DNA of 64,000 bases from a virus, in the IMG/VR virus record IMGVR_UViG_3300046779_002349, positions 64,001 through 128,000 of that record; one strand, 5' to 3'. The notes below the pieces were generated by a model. It ran no database searches and was not told the DNA's origin. It was given only the letters and a program-made list of their open reading frames with translations. Within the stretch, counting starts at the first letter, position 1; each line of letters starts with the position of its first letter. Of the stretch, positions 57,034-64,000 are shown in pieces. A program made the translations under genes and the position numbers.

Positions 57034-57312
57034 TTATAACGTTAATTGAATAACCTCGTGATTCAATTTTCTTTTTCTTTCGCCAATAATAAATCCAGTA
57101 CAATCTTCGTAGTAAACTAGGTTATCATCCGAGTCGAATTCTCTTCTGTACCAAGTCCCCTTTGAGTCTTCGTAGGATACTATGTTGTCTAGCGTGCCAT
57201 ATCTTTTCTTGGTCCAGAATTGATCGTGATTTTCCCAGTAAACTTCTCTGCCTTTTTCATCATTAATAACATAAGGAAATTCTGTAATTCCATTTTGCTG
57301 TGCTAGTGTCAT
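57034..57312 (-). CDS. MTLAQQ-family repeat protein, dispersed seventh copy
   Basis: MTLAQQNGITEFPYVI.D start, same 92-aa length, ends LNHEVIQLTL. Confidence 0.8.
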   Translation of the reverse strand: MTLAQQNGITEFPYVINDEKGREVYWENHDQFWTKKRYGTLDNIVSYEDSKGTWYRREFDSDDNLVYYEDCTGFIIGERKRKLNHEVIQLTL

Positions 57313-57322
57313 GACAGTATTT

Positions 57323-57598
57323 TTAAAATGCTCGTAGGCTGATACCATCGAGAGGGGTTTTAACAAAACTAAATTCATGCCCATTTCGCATTAACTGGTT
57401 AATCATCTGTAATGCTAGGCTTTTAAACTCTGCGCTCGGGATAGAGTATATGGTCAGGTTGTCCCCAAAAGAAATCCCATACGCATCGAAATCATGAACT
57501 CCGTCTCTATTTTCTCCTCCGAATGTAATTGTTGTAGTAGAATTAGCATTCCAATGAAAGGTGTGGGCCTCTTCTTCTTTATCGTAATAGTATTCCAT
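57323..57598 (-). CDS. hypothetical protein
   Basis: 91-aa ORF. Confidence 0.55.
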   Translation of the reverse strand: MEYYYDKEEEAHTFHWNANSTTTITFGGENRDGVHDFDAYGISFGDNLTIYSIPSAEFKSLALQMINQLMRNGHEFSFVKTPLDGISLRAF

Positions 57599-57615
57599 AT
57601 TATTGGGTAATGTAT

Positions 57616-57858
57616 TTATTTGTTTATAGAGTCCATCAAGTTTTCCATCTCTTTCTTAAAATCAAATAAAACCTCAATGACTTCTAAATCATCTTTAGCC
57701 CACCAACTTACATTGTTAGCAATAACGTTTTTGAGTTTAATATGTTTCTCCGCTACATCTAATACTTCCATCTCTAGGATCGTGTTATACCTCGATATAG
57801 GTTTGGGTGTAGCAAGAAACCTAGTTCCTACTAAGAATTTGTGAATATTTTTTTTCAT
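57616..57858 (-). CDS. hypothetical protein
   Basis: 80-aa ORF. Confidence 0.55.
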   Translation of the reverse strand: MKKNIHKFLVGTRFLATPKPISRYNTILEMEVLDVAEKHIKLKNVIANNVSWWAKDDLEVIEVLFDFKKEMENLMDSINK

Positions 57859-57866
57859 TTGTGTGT

Positions 57867-58388
57867 TTACTTGATACCGAAGTACTGTTTCGCTTGATCA
57901 AGCGTCACGAAAACGTTTCCGTACTTAGGGTACGTAACGTCGACACATGTATTTAAATATCTTTTATCCACGCTTTTAAAACCAAAAATATTTTTCTTTT
58001 TAATCGTGTGTAAGTGTACGTGACCGTGGATATTTGGTTTTCCTCTTAGCTCGTCAGGATGGATCGGAGCATGGGATAGCCACATACCTTTGTATTTAAT
58101 AATACCGTGGATCTCAGCAAACACATCTGCCTGAAGTTTCGTTGGGACATAGTCGTCGTGGTTTCCTTTGATAAGGATTTTTTTACCTGGTAGATTGCCA
58201 ATACGCAACAATGCTTCTTCACTGAAAGCACAATCTCCCATTACATAAACAATACCTCTTTTATGGATTGTAGTTTTCCAGCACTCTTCGATTAACTGTG
58301 TATTATGTTCTGTTGAGGTTACAAATGGTCTGAACTTTGCGATGTTTTTACAATCCAGATGCGGGTCCCCGATAAAGAATACGCTCAT
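57867..58388 (-). CDS. calcineurin-like metallophosphoesterase
   Basis: DPH, GD, GNHD, SH and HGHVH motifs. Confidence 0.9.
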   Translation of the reverse strand: MSVFFIGDPHLDCKNIAKFRPFVTSTEHNTQLIEECWKTTIHKRGIVYVMGDCAFSEEALLRIGNLPGKKILIKGNHDDYVPTKLQADVFAEIHGIIKYKGMWLSHAPIHPDELRGKPNIHGHVHLHTIKKKNIFGFKSVDKRYLNTCVDVTYPKYGNVFVTLDQAKQYFGIK

Positions 58389-58663
58389 TTTATTTTTAGT
58401 TTAAGTAGTTCTACTTGATAGTAATCTAGGGTGATACGATGCTCTCCGTCTTCAAACTCATGGAAATAGAATTCTCCTGTTCTTGGGTTCTCTAAAAAAG
58501 AGTTGCTGAACTTCCAAGGATTTCCGGTTGCTTTATTGATTCCGTTGTTCCACAAAGCTTTAGCTTTTTGCAGCTCGTAGAACCTAAGTGCCACGAATAG
58601 AATACATACAATTACTAGTGGTATAAGGAATACAATGCCTATGATTTTCAATGTCAGTGCCAT
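58385..58663 (-). CDS. membrane-anchored hypothetical protein
   Basis: N-terminal hydrophobic helix; start moved to MALTLK. Confidence 0.5.
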   Translation of the reverse strand: MALTLKIIGIVFLIPLVIVCILFVALRFYELQKAKALWNNGINKATGNPWKFSNSFLENPRTGEFYFHEFEDGEHRITLDYYQVELLKLKIK

Positions 58664-58863
58664 ACAAGGATATTTGTCTTGTGAAGTGTAATTAATGTGG
58701 CTAAGATAAAACCTATTGCTTGCCAAGCCCAGAAGCTTTTGTGGTTTAAAGATGGGCTATCATAGTGTTTGTCTAAACACTCAACGTAAATTGCCAGGCT
58801 AACTAAAAAGCATAAAATGTACACAGCGATAAAAGGTATGTAGTGTGAGACTTGTATTTCCAT
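58654..58863 (-). CDS. small membrane protein
   Basis: Two hydrophobic helices. Confidence 0.5.
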   Translation of the reverse strand: MEIQVSHYIPFIAVYILCFLVSLAIYVECLDKHYDSPSLNHKSFWAWQAIGFILATLITLHKTNILVWH

Positions 58864-58915
58864 AAGGTCTGGGAAGAGTTTGTTTTATTTTTTAGGATAT
58901 GTCAATTTTTGGTTT

Positions 58916-58961
58916 AAAAAAAAAATATAAAGAGAGGGAGATTTTACTCTCCCTCTCTTTA
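58916..58961 (-). terminator. intrinsic terminator
   Basis: taaagagagggag/ctccctctcttta hairpin plus T10. Confidence 0.85.
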
Positions 58962-58967
58962 ATTACT

Positions 58968-60050
58968 TTAAGCGATCTCTGTGATGATGAGATCCCTTCC
59001 ACGGAATCTCTCCTTAAGTGCAGTGACTAAGCTTTGTCCTGCTTCTGGAGACACGCCCTCAAAGTGGAGTACTCCCGTTGTTTGGTTCACCATGGACAAG
59101 TATGGCGCGGACGAAAGATTAGGGAACAGGCAAGCCATGTCATAAACCTCATACTGAGATTTATGCCACCACTCATACTGCGGACCCTGGTAGTTTTTGT
59201 AGCTATCTACAAGAGTCCCTTTTTCTTTGAACCTTTCAATACCTACCTTGCGGACGAATTCCGCTTTTACATCGGCGTTAGTAATGTTCGTGTACTTATC
59301 TAGATCAAGCTGCTCTTCTGGGGTCATGACAAGCCACTCAGGTACTGTTACTCCGTTGAGAGCAAAGATTCGGATATTTCCTCTCCCCGCATACTCAAAA
59401 GCTGGACCGTTCTCGCAATGAGGAAGCCCCATGTGCGCACCGTTTGGTCCTTCCCCTGGCTCACCCAACTTCATTACGGTCGGCTTCTGAGATACAATGG
59501 TATACTCAGGCAATGGGTAAACACAACCGAGTTCTGCAGTAGCAGCCCACTTGTTGTACTTCTCCATCATGTCCTCTGGGATTACCACCTTCAGGTAATT
59601 GAAGGCGTAGTCGTAGAACGCAAATGAGCTGGCATAAAATGACCCACACTGCCATGGAAGTCGGGTGTTCGGAATTTTAAGTCGGTCGGGATTTCCATTA
59701 AATACCTTGTCCAAGCCTTCTTCAATTGCCGCTTGATCAATAGGGTAGTTGTAATGGGTGATTAGATGGCAGGCAATCCAGGCTTCTACTGGATTGTCAA
59801 CGATCAGTGTTGGTGTATTCGGATCGAGCTCGATAACCTCTCTAAACCCCTTCACAATCTCTTTGGTTCGAGCTGGGTCGAGTCTATCATTGTTACATCC
59901 AATTGCTGTCCATTTTGCAATATAGACATCTGCCATTTTAATTTGCTCTTCTGTGAGCTCGTCTGGTTTTACTTGTTCTGCTACTTGTTTAATTTGATTA
60001 ATAGCCTCACTTTGCGGCTCTTGCATGTTGCTTGTGATTTCGTTTTCCAT
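58968..60050 (-). CDS. DUF6745-like protein
   Basis: AFYDY, G..YP....IVS.KP, LPHCENGPA.EY, ALNGV.VP.W and NA.V....V.K.G.ER. Confidence 0.7.
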   Translation of the reverse strand: MENEITSNMQEPQSEAINQIKQVAEQVKPDELTEEQIKMADVYIAKWTAIGCNNDRLDPARTKEIVKGFREVIELDPNTPTLIVDNPVEAWIACHLITHYNYPIDQAAIEEGLDKVFNGNPDRLKIPNTRLPWQCGSFYASSFAFYDYAFNYLKVVIPEDMMEKYNKWAATAELGCVYPLPEYTIVSQKPTVMKLGEPGEGPNGAHMGLPHCENGPAFEYAGRGNIRIFALNGVTVPEWLVMTPEEQLDLDKYTNITNADVKAEFVRKVGIERFKEKGTLVDSYKNYQGPQYEWWHKSQYEVYDMACLFPNLSSAPYLSMVNQTTGVLHFEGVSPEAGQSLVTALKERFRGRDLIITEIA

Positions 60051-60065
60051 ACGGTTAGTTAAATA

Positions 60066-60127
60066 GGCATGATTGCCATACGCTTGTGCGTTTCGGATTA
60101 TATGCCGGTAATCCTCATCAGTGGCAA
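60066..60127 (-). ncRNA. type I hammerhead ribozyme
   Basis: UUGCCA CUGAUGA GGAUUA(ccggcaua)UAAUCC GAAA CGC(acaa)GCG UA UGGCAA: full catalytic core and three perfect stems; loop-II GGCAU pairs with downstream AUGCC. Confidence 0.92.
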
Positions 60128-60136
60128 GTTATAAAT

Positions 60137-60170
60137 AAAAAGAAAGAGCCACTTTTACGTGGCTCTTTCT
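60137..60170 (-). terminator. intrinsic terminator
   Basis: agaaagagccac/gtggctctttct hairpin plus T-tract. Confidence 0.8.
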
Positions 60171-60176
60171 GTGACT

Positions 60177-60362
60177 TTATTTTAGGCACCAACCGATGAT
60201 TGCGCCTAAAATTAGTGCGACTAGAACATATATTGCTATGTTCCAAATGAACACAACCAAACCCCATACAGCCCCGCCAATGAAGGCGAATGCCGAAATG
60301 AGGGTATAAATAGTAATGATCGTAAGGAAGCCGATTAGTACGTGCTTAATAAATTTTACCAT
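60177..60362 (-). CDS. small membrane protein (probably leaderless)
   Basis: Start MVKFIK lies 6 nt after the motif TATAAT; very hydrophobic. Confidence 0.55.
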   Translation of the reverse strand: MVKFIKHVLIGFLTIITIYTLISAFAFIGGAVWGLVVFIWNIAIYVLVALILGAIIGWCLK

Positions 60363-60368
60363 AACAAT

Positions 60369-60398
60369 ATTATATAACACAAGCACCCCTATTTTTGC
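60369..60398 (-). promoter_or_regulatory. phage promoter motif copy 3
   Basis: GCAAAAATAG-gggt-GCTTGTGTTATATAAT. Confidence 0.75.
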
Positions 60399-60420
60399 CG
60401 TTATTTTTTATGTATAAAAT

Positions 60421-60455
60421 AAAAAAAAAGAAGCCGAAATTAATCGACTTCTTTT
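60421..60455 (-). terminator. intrinsic terminator
   Basis: aaaagaagccga/tcgacttctttt hairpin (one G:U pair) plus T9. Confidence 0.75.
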
Positions 60456-60476
60456 AGTGTTGAATTTATTAAACTG

Positions 60477-61223
60477 TTAACCTTTATACCCTGCTTGCAA
60501 TTGCTGCATCTTCTGCTTGTCTACACGACTCTTAGGATCGAAAGCGGAGCCGTGTTGCTTACGGAAGATTGCGTTAAAATCAGGTGCTGGTTTAGCTGGG
60601 GTTGCTGGTCTGCTGGCAGGCATGGTTGGTGCTTTTCCTGCTGGGGCTGGAGCAGGAGGGCCTACTTGTGCAGGAGGTTGTGGGCTTACTGGAGTAGCTT
60701 TAGGGATTGTGGGGTTAGCTCCGTAATCTTTTCTTACTTTGTCCGCAAAAGCTCGCTGGTTAGTTTTAGCCTGCATAGCTCTCGTATAGGCGGGAGACGC
60801 TTGTTCGGCTGCATTATTTTGTGCATCCATGCGGTTATCGGCGGCGGAGCCTGGCAGTAAAGAACCTAAATAATTAGTAGCCTTGGAGTACGAGTTTGCT
60901 CCACTTTCTAGAGCGTTGTTATACATTTGACCAATGTTATTAAAAATACCACCTACACCAGAAGTTTCTGCATTATATGGGGTTTCAGCGTAACCTGGGG
61001 TCGTACCTGTAATGGGTCCGTGTTGTGCTTCGTACTGTGGTCTTTTACCTGCGGTTGAAATGCGATTAATATACCGCTGGCTTGGTTGAGCTGCTTGTTC
61101 TAGTATGTTGTCTAGATTTTGATCTCCTGTACCTCCTGGAATTTCTGCAGGGGCTGGTACGGATAGTGCCTGTTTTACGATTTCGCTAATTGTGGCGGAT
61201 TTGATTATATTTAGATGTTTCAT
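60477..61223 (-). CDS. Pro/Ala/Gln-rich putative virion protein
   Basis: N-terminal IIKSA..IVKQA; C-terminal F.K.HGS.FDPKS.VD module. Confidence 0.5.
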   Translation of the reverse strand: MKHLNIIKSATISEIVKQALSVPAPAEIPGGTGDQNLDNILEQAAQPSQRYINRISTAGKRPQYEAQHGPITGTTPGYAETPYNAETSGVGGIFNNIGQMYNNALESGANSYSKATNYLGSLLPGSAADNRMDAQNNAAEQASPAYTRAMQAKTNQRAFADKVRKDYGANPTIPKATPVSPQPPAQVGPPAPAPAGKAPTMPASRPATPAKPAPDFNAIFRKQHGSAFDPKSRVDKQKMQQLQAGYKG

Positions 61224-61238
61224 ATTTAAAGTTAACTA

Positions 61239-61267
61239 ATTATACTATTTTTTGTTTTTGTTATCAA
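61239..61267 (-). promoter_or_regulatory. sigma70-like promoter
   Basis: TTGATA-N17-TATAAT. Confidence 0.65.
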
Positions 61268-61279
61268 ATTCTTAATTTA

Positions 61280-61723
61280 TCAATAATATTTTTTATTACC
61301 CATACCATCCATCCCGTAATACTGCAGCCCTTGCCCTGGAGAGTCCCACCATTCTTTTAGAGCCATTGCATTAGAAGGACCTATTGCAGAGATGGCGTAG
61401 CGTTGCCAAGAGGGTAGGTTTTCCCATTCTTGCCCAACTCTATTTTGAGCTAAATTGTAAGCATCGGCATATGCTTTCTGAGCTATATGGTCTTCTACTT
61501 CAGATTTAGATCCTACGTATGCTAATGCAGGCATAGCAGCTGTACCCGCTAGTCCGATACCGTATCTAGCCGTGCCAGGAAGTTTGTTCCATTGTTTAGT
61601 TACTGGCGCTGTAGCTTTGCCCCAAGCGTTACCAATAGCCGAAGTAATAGCCGACAAACCTTTAGCTTTATTTGCCTGCTTCGTCATGGAATAACTAATT
61701 AATATAGAGGAAGATTTTTGCAT
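61280..61723 (-). CDS. putative virion protein
   Basis: MTKQA motif and a hydrophobic helix. Confidence 0.5.
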   Translation of the reverse strand: MQKSSSILISYSMTKQANKAKGLSAITSAIGNAWGKATAPVTKQWNKLPGTARYGIGLAGTAAMPALAYVGSKSEVEDHIAQKAYADAYNLAQNRVGQEWENLPSWQRYAISAIGPSNAMALKEWWDSPGQGLQYYGMDGMGNKKYY

Positions 61724-62442
61724 TACAGTTGAAAGTTATTAACCCCTTTTTGTACTTCGTTGCGAATCACACCATCCAGCGCGTCAGGACTACCCAATAG
61801 CAGGCTACCATAATCAATGCCTTTTCCTGGTTTTGTATAGGAAGGATCAACTGCTTTTGAAATCATGTTAGGATTTCTAGCCAGCTTTAGCCTGTCTTTA
61901 AAGGATAGGGAATCGAATCCTTGCATCATATCTTGTGCAGATTGCATACCCCCTTGCTGTGCGGCTTGGTTAGCAATTTCCTTTGCATTTGTGTAACCGT
62001 GTAATTGGCCAGCTCTAGAAAATGGATCGACGTTTACTCCCAATAAACCAAGCCCCGTGTGAGCTCCCATCGACCCCCACATACCTGTAGTTTGATTAGG
62101 CGAAAAGGCCATCATCCTAGGGGTATCGTACGCAAGTGTGAGGGCTTTTCTACCAAGCTTAACTGCCGTTTGCTTTCCTGGCGTAAGTCCTTGTACGTAA
62201 TTGTCGAATTCGTTGTTTAGTCTTGTATGCCTACCTTGATATTTGGACAGGGCTTTTTGCGCACTGTCTACTCTCCATTGCATTCCTGGATCGTTACCGT
62301 ATTTCCCAATCATTTTTTGTGCATGAGAAATATTACCTTCCGCTAAACCAGCTCTAGCTCCAGAATGCAAAGCTCTGAACAATTGCTTTACTGGGGCAAA
62401 GTTAAATGCTGCTGATTTTTCTATGAAGGAATATGGGTCCAT
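61723..62442 (-). CDS. putative virion protein
   Basis: FIEKSAA at the N-terminus; Gly/Gln-rich. Confidence 0.5.
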   Translation of the reverse strand: MDPYSFIEKSAAFNFAPVKQLFRALHSGARAGLAEGNISHAQKMIGKYGNDPGMQWRVDSAQKALSKYQGRHTRLNNEFDNYVQGLTPGKQTAVKLGRKALTLAYDTPRMMAFSPNQTTGMWGSMGAHTGLGLLGVNVDPFSRAGQLHGYTNAKEIANQAAQQGGMQSAQDMMQGFDSLSFKDRLKLARNPNMISKAVDPSYTKPGKGIDYGSLLLGSPDALDGVIRNEVQKGVNNFQL

Positions 62443-63110
62443 TAGAATGGATTGTTTCCGAGAATGCGATCGATTATACCTTGGTTGTTGTAGCGTTGTT
62501 GAGCTTCTTGCATGGCTCGCATGTAGCCTTCGTAAGTACCCATTACCTGGCCGCTTTCTCTACCTCTTGATTCGCCCAGCCCAGATCCAAGAAGGTATCC
62601 GCCAGTTCCTGTTCCTAGGCCAACTGCGGCTGTTCCTACTCCAGGTCGATCAAATAATCTTGCTAGGCGATCCGCGAATCCTTGATCTGCGACTTCATCT
62701 ACTGCTCCACCGTAAGCTACTGGATAGTTATTAGCTACTTGGGTTGTTGCGTTATTTGTTCCCTTAGGAGTAACATTTCTCATACCTGGTCCAGTTGTCG
62801 TTGCATCGACAGGAATAGGGTTTGGTGGAGTAGATAGCCCAGCATTATAATCAATAGCCTTTGGGCCTTGGGCTGCTTGAGCTGCGGTATTTGGGGTTAC
62901 TGGAGGAATTTCTCCACCCCTCCTTCTTAGTTCTCTGAGTGACTTTGCCGCAAGCCCTCTCTGTGCGTGATTTTTAGGCAGCGTTTTAACAGCATCTAAC
63001 GCTGTTCGTAAATTGCCTATTGTTGCGGTATCAGTTTTTCCTCCTAATGAAGCAATACCCCTAATCAGTCGCGCATTAAATGCAGCTTTAATCAACTCAC
63101 TTTTATTCAT
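62442..63110 (-). CDS. putative virion protein
   Basis: LIKAA at the N-terminus; Gly-rich hydrophobic helix. Confidence 0.5.
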   Translation of the reverse strand: MNKSELIKAAFNARLIRGIASLGGKTDTATIGNLRTALDAVKTLPKNHAQRGLAAKSLRELRRRGGEIPPVTPNTAAQAAQGPKAIDYNAGLSTPPNPIPVDATTTGPGMRNVTPKGTNNATTQVANNYPVAYGGAVDEVADQGFADRLARLFDRPGVGTAAVGLGTGTGGYLLGSGLGESRGRESGQVMGTYEGYMRAMQEAQQRYNNQGIIDRILGNNPF

Positions 63111-63119
63111 ATGTCCTAA

Positions 63120-63148
63120 ATTATAACTAAAAATAAACCCACAGTAAA
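63120..63148 (-). promoter_or_regulatory. sigma70-like promoter
   Basis: TTTACT-N17-TATAAT directly after a terminator. Confidence 0.55.
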
Positions 63149-63149
63149 T

Positions 63150-63185
63150 AAAAAAAAGAAACCACCTGTGAAAGATGGTTTCTTT
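63150..63185 (-). terminator. intrinsic terminator
   Basis: aaagaaacca/tggtttcttt hairpin plus T8. Confidence 0.8.
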
Positions 63186-63191
63186 AAAAAT

Positions 63192-64000
63192 TTAAATTCT
63201 TCTTCTATATACACCTAAACCGAAAATAGTCATCAGGCATAACCCTAAAGTCATATTCGGCTCTGGTACCCCTAGCGAAGGAGTTGTTGGAACTGGAGTA
63301 AATTCTAGCACAAAAATAGTATCATTGAAGTCTTTGTCTCCGCCTCCCCAAATGTCCTCGAATCCTATCACTAGGTAATTAGAGTTTCCATTTTTAAAGA
63401 AAACAGAGTGAAATAGTCCATCTCCATTTAGGCTATGATCTGTAGAAAAGAATCTTCTACCTCCGTTAGCTCCGTCCGCAATTAAAAAGAAATCTAGTTT
63501 TTGATTAAACGGGAATAACCCAATATCGACAAAATCTCCAGATACCAGAGGTCTTTTATCATTCCTGAGTAAATTCTTGTCTCCGCTTGCGTTAGTTTCT
63601 CCAGAGAAATCTGGGAAAATAAGTTTAGCGGTTGGATCTGTTGGTGCCCCTACTTTTGTAGAGAATCCAATAGAGTTTCTAAAACCAGCGTTCTCTCCTA
63701 CGAAATAAGCACGTACTGTTGCGTCGTCACTTAATGTCAGTAGGCTAGGATTGGTGTTCAGATTAGCCCAATCGTTGAATTTAAAGGTTTGAAATAAATT
63801 TCTATTCTGAATACCGATTAGGCTAGGAAGAATATCTGATTGAAACTTCTGTGCTTGCGGATCAGATCCAGCCAGCATGACAGGAGAAACAATATCTAGA
63901 TTGTATGGTCTTGCGGGGGATTGGTACCCACTTTGTGTTTGTGCGTTACTAAAGCCGATAAGCGTGAGTAACGTTACGATAATAGAGATGTAATTGTGTT
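63192..64000 (-). CDS. DUF4114-like domain PEP-CTERM protein (start beyond window end)
   Basis: Frame is open to the window edge with signal peptide ..HNYISIIVTLLTLIGFSNA|Q; FFLIADG..IGFEDIWGGGDKDFND; C-terminus VPEP-TM-RRR. Confidence 0.85.
   Translation of the reverse strand, partial: HNYISIIVTLLTLIGFSNAQTQSGYQSPARPYNLDIVSPVMLAGSDPQAQKFQSDILPSLIGIQNRNLFQTFKFNDWANLNTNPSLLTLSDDATVRAYFVGENAGFRNSIGFSTKVGAPTDPTAKLIFPDFSGETNASGDKNLLRNDKRPLVSGDFVDIGLFPFNQKLDFFLIADGANGGRRFFSTDHSLNGDGLFHSVFFKNGNSNYLVIGFEDIWGGGDKDFNDTIFVLEFTPVPTTPSLGVPEPNMTLGLCLMTIFGLGVYRRRI

Noticed and set aside
1-64000. Integrase, transposase, intron or intein
   Set aside because: No recognisable motifs or interrupted genes were found by eye.

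Overview
A 64-kb slice of a large, AT-rich, contractile-tailed (myovirus-like, probably jumbo) dsDNA phage genome, read in the standard code with essentially all real genes on the minus strand. From low to high coordinates it holds: a tail module (partial tape measure, chaperone pair with a -1 frameshift site, gp5/VgrG-like spike, tube, sheath), neck genes, a head module (capsid, scaffolds, prohead protease), thyX, denV, a macrodomain, a cluster of putative head-packaged cargo genes, rlpA, long arrays of duplicated small genes, tRNA-Leu(UAA), an acyl carrier protein, a CoaB/aldolase-II fusion, four YopX genes, a metallophosphoesterase, a DUF6745-like gene and two PEP-CTERM proteins. The PEP-CTERM genes hint at a Verrucomicrobia-like host (inference). 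Strongest signals: (1) a K-x-A/S motif repeated through head proteins, plus a shared N-terminal leader on unrelated cargo enzymes and modular polyproteins, suggesting a protease-processed capsid-cargo system; (2) a complete type I hammerhead ribozyme with a pseudoknot in the 5' leader of the DUF6745-like gene; (3) gene arrays with conserved ends and shuffled or variable cores; (4) a 30-bp non-canonical promoter motif in three copies. Family assignments come from motif recognition and gene order by eye, not from database searches.
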